A stretch of 64,000 nucleotides of DNA from Paragordius varius (Eukaryota; Animalia; Nematomorpha), in the NCBI GenBank assembly GCA_964247055.1, contig OZ176058.1:2480001-2544000 (forward strand). The letters are read 5' to 3'. Made by a program: the position numbers and the translations under genes. This document shows, piece by piece, positions 20,591-33,319 of the stretch; the stretch's first letter is position 1, and every line of letters begins with the position of its first letter. The notes under the pieces were generated by a model that did no database searches, had not been told where the DNA came from, and was given only the letters and a program-made list of their open reading frames with translations.

Positions 20591-21150
20591 TCTATATATT
20601 TATAAAAATGGAAAATGCTGGCTTTGTGATCTGGTATAGGAAAACCGGTAGACCCATTCAAATCCAAACATAGATATAATCATTAATGAATGCCCCCTTC
20701 GCCCTTTTGTTTGAAAAAGGCCCCCAGTTTGGCCCACCCCGTGCGAAAAACGGTTTTTTTTGAAAACAGAAGTCCACAAAAATCGTGTCTTTGAGACAAT
20801 TTTCCGGAGAACGTGTTGCACCATTCAATTTCAAATATGATTTTCGTTTACTTATTTTCGATTGCGCCGAACATAGTCGTCTCGTTTAATTTAGGCCCTC
20901 TTTTTACCCGCTCCCCCCGTAAAATGCCATTCTTTTCAAAAAACAAAGTCCACAAAAATAATCTTCTGAATCTATTTTTCGCCCAAGTATGAGACCGTAA
21001 AAATTCAATAAGGATTTCTATTCCCTGTTAAAAGGCAAAAATTTTCGTCAAGCGTTTCTTTGATGATAGCTGCTGAGTAAGGAGCTATACCCGCGAAAAA
21101 CTGACCCGTCATATCAAAATAGCGTGCTTTTGGGGCTAAATTAACGCTAG
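20591..21150 (+). mobile_element. Non-autonomous Helitron, truncated (copy C)
   Basis: A|TCTATATATTTATAAAAATG start; reverse complement of the terminal ~550 bp of copies A, B and D. Confidence 0.75.
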
Positions 21151-22445
21151 TTTTTTATAAAATATAAATAAATCCTCATCCCTTACTATTATTGTCGTCT
21201 TTCTATAATTTTTTAATCGCTAATGCAACCGGCAAATAAATGTATATTATGTTAGAAATGTAAATAATTAACTTTAAAAATTTTATTAGCAAAAGTTTAA
21301 TATATTTTGTAAGTTGTTCTTTCAACCGTGTTTTAAAGCTGTCCCGATTTTCTAGAAGTCACCACATAACTGTAAAAAGATAAGCTTTAATACATGCGAC
21401 AATGTTTGATAATAAATTTTTATTAAAATAACTTTCAAAACTATTTTACAAAATCTGGCATCTAAAACTACCCCCAAAGGTAGACTAGGTTAAAAAATGA
21501 AAAGGTAGTGTTAAATAAGTGCCCACAAGTATAAGCAATACAAATGCGAGAAAAAGGGCATTGGGTTTATCCCTCAATCATGCCAATAGCAAAATGTGCA
21601 GACGAAATTTTTCCAAACTATATGCATAATAAAATTATAGGGGTGTGATGGTATATCATGTGGGGCGCCGGACCCTTACGTCTAGTGGGGATGTGTCATA
21701 GTTCGAAACCCGAAACTGCCCTAGCCCTGGGAATGTAAGGTGACCAGACGTCCCGCTTTTGGCGGGACAGTCCCGCTTTTTCACACTTTGTCCCGCGTCC
21801 CGCTACGTTTTTTAAATGTCCCGCTTTTTCACGATTATATAAAAAATTTTTTTTTAATACAAATAAATTTATTTATCCGTTTATATTTTTTATCATTAAA
21901 TATCTTTAAAATCTATTCAATTTTAAATTAAAATTTTTTATTTTTAAATTAAAATATTAATTTTTTTCGAATTTATATCATATGATTATACAATTTGCTT
22001 CCTATTACTACTGTCATAATTATCAAAAAGCCAAGTTAATACCATAAATCTCTAGATTAAAAGATAAATTAATACCACAAATCGGTAGCTTACACGTTTA
22101 TTTCAGAAAATTAAGGTAATATAATATTTACTATGCTAATATTTTAGTTTTATTACTTGCTATCATATCAAAAAGCCAAATTAATACCACAAATCGGTAG
22201 CTTAAAAGACAAATTGATAACACAAATCGGAACCTTACACGTTTACTTCAGAAAATTAAGGTAATATAATTTTTATTATACTAATATTTTAGTTTTATTG
22301 CTTGCCAACATTATTAAAAAGCCAAATTAATACCACAAATCGGTAGCTTAAAAGACAAATTGATACCACAAATCGGACCTTACACGTTTATTCCAGAAAA
22401 TTAAGGTAATATAATATTTATATATTAATAGTAGTTTATAAATAT

Positions 22446-24140
22446 GAGCACAAAAAGAGGTTGTAAATTCAACGATGAATTAATGAAAGACTTTTATTAA
22501 AAAAAACGAAGAATGAATCATCTGTTAAATGTCTTATATGCGAGGGGGAATTCACCCTAGCACATGGCGGCAAGCACTATATTACACAGCATATGGAAAC
22601 ACAGAAACATAAAAAATGTTTAGATATGGGGGCATCATCTTACAAAATGAGCGATTTTTTTCGAAAAACCGCTTTTGGAGAGGAAGAAAAGAATTTTGCA
22701 CTAGCTGAGGGCGTGTTATCTTTTCACGCCGTTAATCACAATCATTCCTTTAGATCTATGGACTGTACCTCACAGGTTATTCGCACCTTATTCAATAAAA
22801 AAATTTGTACCCGTACAAGGGCTGAAGCCATTAAATGCAATGTCCTTTCGCCACATGCATTTTCTGAAATACAAAAAGATTTACAAATTAATTTCATATC
22901 GCTATACTTTGATGCATCTCACAAGGAAACAAAATTATTTCCCACTTTAATAAGATATTTTGATCCAGGAACTGGAGTAATTGTTTTAGATTTTATTTCG
23001 CTACCCGGTGTAAATTTCGACATAAGTTTTACTTCAATAATGAATATTTTAGCAAATAATAATTTAAAAGGCAAAATCATCGCATATTGGGCTGATACCA
23101 TTACGAACTTCGGTGGAAAAAGCAAGGAGGGGAACAAAAAATATTTTTCATAATTACAAATACAAAACATTATTGGCGTTGGGTGTGCAGCGCATTTACA
23201 CAACGCTATTCAAACAGCTACTGATTTGTTACCCCTAGATGTGGAAAATTTGGTTTAGTTATTAAAATACATATTATATACACGGTACGTGTTGAAACGC
23301 TTAAGGAATTCTGTGAAAATGCAGAAGTTCAATATCAAAAAATGCTTGGATATTGTAAAACTCGTTGGTTAGCTCTTCTAGCTATCGAAAGAATTTATAA
23401 AATGTATGTTCCTTTAATATCCTATTTTTTATCACAGGACAAATGTCCTACAACTTTGGAAAAGTTTTTTGAAAGTGATTCTTCAAAAATATGGAGTCCC
23501 TACATAATCAAGCTTCTCTCTTTCAAAATGTTATTAAATTGATAGAAGGTGACAAAATTTCGGCAATTGAATTAGTCAATTAAGTTAGAACCTAATTCCA
23601 ATGTCACGAAAGGTTAAAAAATAATTTTCTACCATTAACCATCCGCAATATAAATAATTTAAAAAAACAAGGCTTAATAAATCGCCAAGATATCCTGTAC
23701 CATATAAAAATGTTTTATACAAACTGTAAAGATTATTTGGAAGACTGGACGACGCAATTCAATTTAATTGATCATTTTCATTGGATAACATTAAAGCCAT
23801 AATTTAATTGGTGCGATGTTCAAAATCATTTGATTATATCTGTTCCCAAAAATTTTAGTTAAAAGATATATTAATAATGAAAAACTTAAATTATGGACAA
23901 AAAAATATACAGTAGTAAAGAAATGGTTGGAAATATTTCATCATTTTGAAGCCAAATATATTACATACAATAATATTTAAAAAATTGTGGAATTTTCACT
24001 ATCTTTACCTGGAACCAACGCTGCTACTGAGCGCGTTTTTTCCACTGTAAATCAGATGTGGACATCGGAAAAATCAAATTTAAAAGTTAAACCTTTTAAG
24101 GCCATTTTATCTGTCAAATATAATTTGACAAATTCTTGTG
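22446..24140 (+). pseudogene. hAT transposase pseudogene
   Basis: ORF fragments 22593-23153 and 23342-23542 plus flanking frames; multiple stops and frameshifts. Confidence 0.85.
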
Positions 24141-24289
24141 AAGACTTCTACAATATTTAAAAAAAATGATGACAATCTGCTAAAACGCTTTCACTCATAT
24201 AAAAAATATACCAAAGAATAAAATATTTTCTTAAAATATAAAGTTTTTTGTTAAAAAAATAAAAAATTACTTAAAATATTGTTTAAGTC

Positions 24290-25115
24290 TTCATAATAAT
24301 TTGTCAAATTATATATGAACACATAAATGGCTTTAAAGTTTCAACATTTTAATTTTATTTTTCCGTGTCCAAACTTAATTTACTGTGGAACGCTTTCAAT
24401 AGCAGTGGTTCCAGGTAAAGATAATGCAAATTCTACAGTTTTTAAAATATTTTTGTATGGAATATATTTTGTTTAAAAATGATTATTTCAAACAATTTCT
24501 ATATATTGTATTTTTTCTGTTGTCCATAATTTAATTTTCATTATCAATATATTTATTTAATAATGATATTTCAGAAAAAAAGTGTCATAGAATTGGACCG
24601 TTTTGTATTCCAAATAATCTTTTCAGTTTGCATAAAACCCTTTTATATCCTGGCTATTCATTGAGCCTTGTTTTTCTGGATGATTTATAATATTGCGATT
24701 AGGTAATGGTATAAAATTATTTTCTATCCCTTCTTGACTTGAAATTTTTGACATTTGTCTGTCACAATAGGATTCTAGGCGATCATACATTTTTAAAATT
24801 AAATCGCTGGCAAAAGACTAACCAACGAGCTCTACAATATCCAAGCCTTTTAACAACTACATTTTCCACATCCAGGGTAACAAATCAGCAGCTGTTTGAA
24901 CAGCGTTGTGTATCTACCAATAATGTTTTGATTAAGATTATTCACTAAATTGTTAAAAATATTTTTTGTGCCGCTTCTTGCATCACCCAGCGCACTTTGT
25001 GATGATTTCGTCTATTTTTTTTCTAAAATATTACAATCACTTCACCCTTTGTTCGTGCACTAAATTTATTGAATAAGGTACAAACAACCTGTACGGTACA
25101 AATTTTTCTATATTT
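24290..25115 (-). pseudogene. Internally deleted, diverged hAT transposase copy in antisense orientation
   Basis: Reverse complement matches the forward copy in blocks: ACACAACGCTGTTCAAACAGCTGCTGATTTGTTACCC vs 23197; GCTTGGATATTGTA..CTCGTTGGTTAG vs 23344; ATCTTTACCTGGAACC vs 24001; TATAATTTGACAAATT vs 24119. Confidence 0.8.
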
Positions 25116-25276
25116 ATAATGTATTTGTGTTAAAAATAAATAAATATTACAATAAATTTGTTTAAAAAATTTTACCCCCCAATGACCCCCTTCCCCTTTT
25201 CAGATTCGTCCCGCTTTTTCCTACAAAAAATCTGGTCACCTTATATATACCTCATGGCTTAATATACACCCAAATC

Positions 25277-25895
25277 CTAAATCTGACGTATCCGTTTTAT
25301 TATTAATTTCCTATTCGGATTATATGGTGTAAAAATCACTTTTTCGCTTAACAAATTCTTAGGTGCTAACCAGCTTTTCTCATGTTTCTCGGTCCAAGAC
25401 CATCTCGTATTTTTACTAGTTAATTCTTGTAAGAAACCGATTATCATTTGTAATTTTGGTATAAAGCGTTCATGAAAGGTCAAATACGTAATGACTTTTT
25501 ATCTACCGGCCTTTTTAGTTCGTTAATTGCCTTGATTTTGCTTTTACATGTTTATACCCTTTTTCGATATTTTAAACCCTAAATAGTTTACTGATTCTGC
25601 ACCTATCATTATTTTATTCTTGTCTTAATTTAGATTCAGCCTTATCGATACGACTTAATACGTTATTTAAATTATTAACGTGCTCATTTTCCGTCCTACC
25701 AGTCACTAGGACGTCATTTAAATATACGCAAGTTCCCGGCCTTTCAGCCAGCACCTGTTCGATCACCCGTTGAAAGATGATGGGTGCGGTAGTCAGCCCA
25801 AACGGCATGCGTTTGTATCTAAAAATACCTTTATGTGTTGATATAGTTAACAAATCTTGACACTTCTCTACCACTGGCATTTGGAGGTAAGCATC
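25277..25895 (-). pseudogene. Fragment of an older Ty3/gypsy pol (RT core to the RT/RNase H connection)
   Basis: DAYLQMP...GIFRYKRMPFGLTTAPIIFQRVIEQVL...VYLNDVLVTGRTENEH (ORF 25614-25925) and RWSWTEKHEKSW...FTPYNP (ORF 25277-25483). Confidence 0.85.
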
Positions 25896-26127
25896 TGTTA
25901 AGTTAGATCCTACTGTCGTAGACACAAACGCACCTATATAATTGTAAACAATTATAACTTGTGATACACCTAGTTAATGTTGATTGTAGCTTCAAGCAAA
26001 ATAGCTAGTATATAATTGCTGTATTATAATATCACACACACATGTTTTGATTCCTGATATTTAATAAATTTATGTTTAATATATCTTTACTTCTATTATT
26101 CTGGGTTATATAGCTTTACTTCCATTA
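25896..26127 (+). repeat. 5' LTR (232 bp)
   Basis: Direct repeat of 29939-30176, differing by 3 substitutions and two 3-nt indels. Confidence 0.95.
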
Positions 26128-29100
26128 TTGGCGCGGTAATGAACCTGGCAAAAATTTCTCTGGAAAGTTTTGATGAAAAGGAAAATTTTGATCGATACGT
26201 TTCGTACATTCAGCCAATGTTAGCTGCAAAAAACATGACGGCAAACGATAACAATTGCAAGACGTTATTCCTCGCCTACGCAGGAATGTCGGTCACAAAG
26301 AAATTCGAACAATTCCTGTTCCCAAATTCACTGGATAATACCTCCTGGCCGTACATCATTGAAGCCGGCAGGAAAATCTACGAATCGAATAGGACAAACA
26401 TATTCCAGGCCAGATTCAATTTCGTAAAACTCCGTCGGAAATAAAATGAAACATTTACGGAATTTCTGTTACGAGTCAAAACCGAAGCCGCAAAATGCAA
26501 CTTCAAGCTCGACATCGATGAAAAAATGCGCGACGTGTTCATTGCAGGCCTGGGAGTGGAAAAATTAGAACTAGATCTATTCACTAGATTCCCCGATGCA
26601 ATGTGGGGAAACGAAGCTGTAACGCTCAAACAAGTGGTAGACATTGCTCTCAACTATGAAAAAGCACATCAACTAACAACAATAGATGGCCAGATATTGC
26701 ACAGTTCGGAAATACCAAAACATGTGTCGATTCTGCGGGTTAGGTCATGCACCCGGCAGATGCCCAGCTTGGGGCAAACAATGTTATAAGTGCCAAGGCT
26801 GGAATCACTTCCAACCGTGCTGTAAGAAGAAAAGGATTAGCAACGTTCAGCATGTCAAATCTGGAGCCACCGCCAAGATAGCAATAATAATAAATAGCAA
26901 ACAAACACACATGATTATAGACACAGGTTCAAGCGTATCTACAATCGATTGTCAAGCGTGGGAAAAAATTGGGAAGCCCGAGTTGCAACAAACAGGCACA
27001 GATTTGTATAGCTATGGTGGACAAAGAATCAATTCCAAGGGTAGTAGTATGGTCATGGTACAATGCGAGGGTGAAACAAAATCTCTGGCGTGTATGGTTG
27101 TAAGCGGCAAGAAGGCCCCAGCAGTTCTTGGTTGGAATTGGCAACAAGAATTCCCGAATGCCATAAAACAGTGATAAATTGTTGTAAATGTTTTAATATT
27201 AATACATTTGAGGCAAATTCACTTATTAATAAATTTAATTCACTTTTTTGTGAAAAGTTAGGGTGTTTCACGAGAACCACTATTAAATTTTTTTTAAAAA
27301 ACAATACAAAACCAAAAATTTTTAAGTGTCGCCGCATCCCGATACCGTTAAAAGAAAAAGTCGACTCTGAAAAAGAGAGACTTTTAGAAGCGGACATAAT
27401 CAAACCATTAGACCCTACGACTGAGAAATTAACCAGGGCCACCCCTATTGTTTGTATAACAAAAGCGAATGGTTCTCTAAGGTTATGTGCAGATTATCGT
27501 GTTACAATAAATCCACATCTAGTAGATGACAGTCACAATATACCGACATTTGACGAATTAGTTTCCAAAATAGGATTGGGAGAATCATTTTCGGTAATCG
27601 ATTTGAAAGACGCATATCCGCAATTGCCAATAGATCAAGAAAGTCAAAAGTTATTAACAATTACCACACCCCTAGGGTATTTTACATATAAAAGGCTTAC
27701 CTTTGGCCTAACAAGCGCCCCCTGCATTTTTCAAAGATTAATGGATAAGATTTTAGGTGACTGCCCAGGAACAGCTGTATATTTAGACGATATTTTAATA
27801 ACAGGAAAAAACCAAAACGAACATAAAAGAAACTTAGAAAAGGTATTTAAGCGTTTAGACGATTCGGGTTTAAAATAAAGTAAAAGCAAACTAAAACTTT
27901 TTCAACCGTCTGTATTTGGGATATGTAATATCAAAAAACGGCATATCACCAGCTGCCGATAAAGTGGAAGTCATACAAAACTTCCCAAGACCCACGGACA
28001 AAACAACACTCAAGTCCTTTTTAGGCTTAATAAATTTTCACACACGATTCCTCCCGAAATTGCATGGAAGTTTGGCTATACTTCACGACCTAAGCAGTTA
28101 TAAAAAATCCTGGATATGGACCAAAAACTACGAGGACTGTTTTAACAGAGCCAAAAAATTAATATGTCATACTGTTAAACTAACTCCGTTCAACCCTGAG
28201 TTACCTATAATAATCGAAACAGACGCCTCAAAAGGGTACGGAGCAGTGTTACTACAGACCATGCAAGAGGGCATAAATAAACCCATTGCCTACGCATCTT
28301 GAAAGTGGTCCAAACCCGAAGAAAATTATTCAGTGATAGAAAAGGAATTACAAGCCATACTTTTCGCTTTTGAAAAGTTTAGAACGTTCATTACGGGGAA
28401 GAAGTTTGAACTGCGTACTGATCACAAACCACTAATAAAGCTGTTTGGAAATAATCGTAAATTAGACCAAATAAATAATTCTCAAGCTACTACGTTGGAT
28501 ATATAAAGCGAGCGAATTTAATTACAATCTACGGTACATTAAAAGTCACGAAAACATTGCAGATTCAATGCCGACAGAACCACATCAACAAGACACAGAA
28601 AGCTTTCAAACAGCAGAACATGTAAGATAAGTCAATAGTAATCTATTCAATATAAATCGTGACCACATTAGAAGCCAGACCGAAACCGACCCTGTATTAA
28701 AACAGGTAATAAGGGCACTAAGAACAAACAACTGGTCCAATAAAATATTATATCCATTCCACAATTTTAGAAATGAAATTGAAAATACATACGGGTTATT
28801 ATATTGGCATGATAGATTAATAATTCCCGAATCTCAAAAAATAAATATCTTACAATTATTACACGTCGACACCCCGGATTCAAAGCAATGTACGAACAAG
28901 CAAAACAAATAGTCTTTTAGCACAATATGGAAAGCGACATAAAAAAGTGGGTAGATACGTGTAAAAAGTGTCAAGAAAACCGTCTGAGGCGAAAACTGAA
29001 TCCCACATACAATTGGAACACAAATACAGCAATATGGGATAGATTACATCTAGATATAGCAGGCCCGATAGACAATTATTATTGTATAGTTCTTATTGAC

Positions 29101-29938
29101 AGTTATTCTGGATGGGTCGAAGTTAAACTATCGAAAATGATATTGACCAAAAATATCTTAAATTTCCTAGACGAATGTTTCAGTCGATACCAAGAATGAT
29201 AGTAACCGACAACGCGTCTTACTTTACATCTGAGGTTTTTAAAAAAGTCATGAAAACGGGAAACATTAAACATGTAACATCAGTTCCCTATCATCCAAAA
29301 ACTAACGGAATGGTGGAACGAGTAATATATACCCTAAAAACCCATTATCGGTCAGCAGAAGACGATGACCTACATTCCAAAATAAATAACACGCTTTGGG
29401 GATACCGCACTAACATACACAGTGCTACAAATACATGTCCCGCTCAACTTTTCCTAAAACGTACCCTACCCAATCCAATCACATGGCTACAATATAAACA
29501 AACAGACTTCTTAGACGATGTACAACCTAATCACGAATACCATGAAAACGAAAAAGTATACAGAAAAAATGAACTATCGAATGGTTGGCGAGAAAGAATT
29601 GTAAATAAACGACTCGTATTACTCTCATATGAATACAAGATGATAACAAAATCATCCGAAAACACGCAGACCAACTGAGACCAAGGGAAGGAGGCGAAAG
29701 AATAATGGGTAAGACAATTATCCGAAGAAACTCCACCATCGCATGACCTATATGTTAGGTACCCTACTGCCACGACCGAAGACCCGACCTTACCTCCGCC
29801 TCAACCCTCGGAACCCATCATTAAATTGCCATCCCAAACACCCACTATAGCACCTACCACTGACACTCATACAGAACGGCGATACCCTACACGAGTCCGA
29901 CACCCACCAGATAGATATCAAGGACAGGGAAAGAGTGA

Positions 29939-30176
29939 TGTTAAGTTAGATCCTACTGTCGTAGACACAAACGCACCTATATAATTGTAAACAATTATAA
30001 CTCTTTGTGATACACCTAGTTAATGTTAATTGTAGCTTCAAGCAAAATAGCTAGTATATAATAATTGCTGTATTATAATATCACACACACTTGTTTTGAT
30101 TCCTGATATTTAATAAATTTCTGTTTAATATATCTTTACTTCTATTATTCTGGGTTATATAGCTTTACTTCCATTA
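29939..30176 (+). repeat. 3' LTR (238 bp)
   Basis: TGTTAAGTTAG...CTTCCATTA, preceded by the PPT. Confidence 0.95.
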
Positions 30177-30902
30177 GGAGTATAATCTAATATAATAATA
30201 CTACAAACATAAGTTACGAGGTTAATTTATTAATATATTATGAATGTTGTTTGTGCGGTTAATCTAATAGTATAATATAAGATTCATTCAAATTAGCCTG
30301 TCAGTTACCACTATAACATTGCTAAATTTGATATCAACTAAAAATATTTTCAAATAATGCTACTTTTTTCAAAAATATAATTAGCAAATTTTGAAGCGTA
30401 CTTTATATTGTTTTGAGGCCTTGTGGAAACGGTTTATAAACGCTTTAGATATTATAACAATACTTTTTCTCTATAATCGGATGCTGAACATTACCATCAC
30501 CTCAGAATTAAACAAAATGGCAAGCCCACATATAAATTATAATTTTACAGAAATGTTATTGTGCTTTTTACAACTAATGATATATCTATGTGATATATTT
30601 TGGAATATAACTTTTAGCTCTCGCTAAAAAAATTATATATAACAAAATGTTATTATATAAATAACTTGCTAAAAAACACTCTTAAGAGTCAGAATCAAAA
30701 GAGTATACAGAATTTAAACCCAAGATTTTTTTATCTGATTTCGTAAGGAGTATATTGTTCATTTAAAAAAAATAAATAAGGTTTATATATATATTATAAA
30801 TATACAAAAAGTGTTCCATTATAAAGTATCGAAAAGTCGCAAGATTAGCGCTTATCGCATATTATAACAAATATTTTTTGGGTAAAAAGGCAACTGCCTG
30901 AA

Positions 30903-31145
30903 ATTTCAGTAAAAACTGAAATTATACAGACAAAAAGTGAAAAAATGATAATTTTTATATACTGATTTTTTAACATCAAACTATCGTTTAAAATGACAAA
31001 GTATGAAATATATATATATAACACAACCAATTCCATATTTTACAATTGTAACTAAATAGTTTTACAGGCAAAATTAAGGTTTAAAAAGTATGGTCGACTT
31101 TTAAATAAAAATATTCGCCTTATATTTTTACGTTTTGTCCGTTTA
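30903..31145. mobile_element. MITE, TACAGTAAAAACTG family
   Basis: CAGTAAAAACTGAAATTATACAGACAAAA arm and inverted AAAAAGTATGG...TTTTACGTTTTGTCCGT arm. Confidence 0.6.
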
Positions 31146-31404
31146 TACAATATATAATTAAAAGACGTCAGAAAAAAACCTAAATTTGATAGAGAGCCCA
31201 TTTATTCATCCTACTAAAAATACAAAGATTCATAACTTGTGTTCGCCAGAAACGAGTGCCTTATTTTTATTATTCAATAATTTTGTCGTTGTGCTAAAAG
31301 ATAATTTTCGGTAAGCATTGCCAAGATAAATACACTTAAAAATTATCGTTTGCTCAAAAAAGTTTTGTGAACATGCTATATCAATTAACACATGTAAATA
31401 ATGG

Positions 31405-31678
31405 TTTTGAAATTATCCAGACAAAACGTAAAAATATAAAAACAAATATTGCTTTCTAAAAGATATCCATACTTTTTTAATCCTAATTTTTTTAAATTAA
31501 CTGATTGTTTTAAACTGCAAATTATAATATAGTAATGTTAATTGGTACAATCAATTATGTATTTTACGATTATAATTAAATGTTTTAGTAGGATAAATTA
31601 AGGATTAAAAAAGTATGGTTGTCTTATGAAAAAAAATATTGTCTTTTTATTTTCCGTATAATTTCAATTTTTACTGTA
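31405..31678. mobile_element. MITE, TACAGTAAAAACTG family
   Basis: GACAAAACGTAAAAATATAAA...CCATACTTTTTTAATCC and GGATTAAAAAAGTATGG...ATAATTTCAATTTTTACTGTA inverted arms. Confidence 0.7.
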
Positions 31679-33241
31679 AAAGTTATTTCATGTAATAGAG
31701 TGAGCTACCAGGTAGACACATTTTCAAAGACGCATAAATGCAAGAGTTATTGGAGGACGACCAACTGAATTAACAATCTGCAGTATTATTAGTTTATCTT
31801 TAAAAGAACATTAATAGATATATATATACATATATATATAAGCAATGAAATCATCAATAAAATCGGAAAATGGGCCCAACACAATTGGAATTAATAAAGC
31901 GCAAATATAAAACTCTTTTGAACTGATTCAACGGCACCAAAAGGATTGTTTCATTGAATTGCAACGAGTGATGAGAAACTTTATTTTTTAAATTCAAATT
32001 GGTAAACATTATGGTTTTACCTTTCTTAGCCGCTCCATTAAAACTACTGTCTAGAATAGCATGTTCTACGTATTATAAGACTAAAGCGATATTGAGTATT
32101 ACTAACTTTTGAAACCCAGTTAAACGGTTAGTACAAAACGCCTTGGCCAAAAATGATTAATTTAACCCATTATTCATCAAAAAGTGACAATTGTTAAGAC
32201 ATGTCATAGTAATTTTTATACACTATAATGTCCGTTCACAAAACCATGAAACATCGTTGGTAACTTTCGCATTTGCTTAACATTCTTCACTTGGCGCATT
32301 TGATTAAACTATTTCGCTATTGGACACATTCTTTAAAATGGATTGACGAATAGTTATTCTGGCATTAATATATTACCTTGGAGAAGGGTAAAATGTGTAG
32401 AAATCAATGTGTAAGATCTTTAAAAAATACAAGTTTTTTTTCAATAATTAAATAATACTTTTGATTACACCTATCAACTTAAATTGGCTTCACACTGGTT
32501 AATAGAGAAAAGAATTGTGTTTTAATGCAAACAAATTATATTTCATTGTAAGAACATCTGAAATCACTATATAAAAGGTTAAGACTATATATTTCGTAAG
32601 GACAACCATATTTTTATAGATGTCTGGTTTAAATAAATAAACAAAATTGCTAATTTTATATATCCAGAATATCAAAATCATAGGTTTGTAAAAACAAGAT
32701 TTATAGTTTTCTTAAAATAAAGTGTTTAGTTTATATATAGTATGTATCAATTAAAGGTCAAACTATGGTTGAATATTAGAAATTATTTTAAATTCAAAAA
32801 ATAATTTAACTTTCGCTCTCAAATTCTATTTAAAATAATTAATTTTTTTATTATTTTTGCCGTTTCCATTGGTGACACACTTGCATAAATATACATTCTC
32901 TCAAACTGACTATATAAAATTTTTTTTTAATTAATATGACATATAAAAATGTATCTTTGGTTAATTTTTTTTTAAAAAAAACTGAAAAATATCTTAAAAA
33001 TAAAAATCAAACCTGAATTAATATTTGAACAAGTGTGTAGACGGCAGAAATTTTGCTGGTCATTAAATAATGTATACATTTAAAATATATTAGAAATCAA
33101 ATTGAAATGTGCAAAGTAATGCTACATTTCATATTGCTTACAACCATATTTATTTATAAAAAACTGGTTAATTAATTTTAAAAAATTATATTTCAAAACA
33201 ACCATCTGCGGACCTTAAATAAACCACCCCTCTTCAAAAAC

Positions 33242-33249
33242 TATATAAA
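33242..33249 (+). promoter_or_regulatory. Candidate TATA box of the chitinase gene
   Basis: TATATAAA 78 nt upstream of the ATG at 33320; weak evidence in such an AT-rich background. Confidence 0.4.
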
Positions 33250-33319
33250 GTCATTCGCATATAAACGATTTTAAATATAGTTTTTACTTTTTTGTCTCTT
33301 TTTTTGTGTCCCGTCAATA

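Larger units (their letters stand above)
21736..25243 (+). mobile_element. hAT DNA transposon with a decayed transposase and an internal inverted paralogous segment
   Basis: TIRs TAAGGTGACCAGA (21736) and TCTGGTCACCTTA (25231-25243) with GTCCCGC subterminal repeats. Transposase motifs: CLICEGEFTLAHGGKHYITQHMETQKH (Zn finger), FDASHK, IGVGCAAH (CxxH), LGYCKTRWL, LSLPGTNAATERVFS (hAT dimerisation). No TSD found. Confidence 0.88.
25896..30176 (+). mobile_element. Ty3/gypsy LTR retrotransposon, Mag-like, full length but disabled
   Basis: LTRs 25896-26127 and 29939-30176; PBS-like TGGCGCGG at 26129; gag ATG at 26139; two CCHC knuckles (CRFCGLGHAPGRC, CYKCQGWNHFQPC); protease IIDTGSS; RT YLDD; RNase H ETDAS...TDHKPL; integrase HLDIAGP...TDNA...NGMVER; PPT AGGACAGGGAAAGAGTGA at 29921-29938. 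Multiple stops and frameshifts. Confidence 0.95.

Noticed and set aside
21480-21735. GC-richer block left of the hAT TIR with a CTAGT
   Set aside because: No convincing hairpin, ORF homology or partner terminus.
26139-29678. Many in-frame stops in gag-pol and in the 48-56 kb gene, raising the idea of stop-codon reassignment
   Set aside because: The stops are a mix of TAA, TAG and TGA accompanied by frameshifts. The intact genes use the standard code and end in TGA (HECT) or TAA (HSBP1, chitinase).
25896-30176. Apparent mismatch between similar LTRs and a heavily disabled pol
   Set aside because: Five differences in about 235 bp, two of them indels, is enough to predict this many disablements over 3.7 kb.
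31840-32400. Minus-strand FQLCWAHF motif reminiscent of a MULE-type transposase CxxH region
   Set aside because: Single short motif amid many stops, with no TIRs identified; too weak to call.
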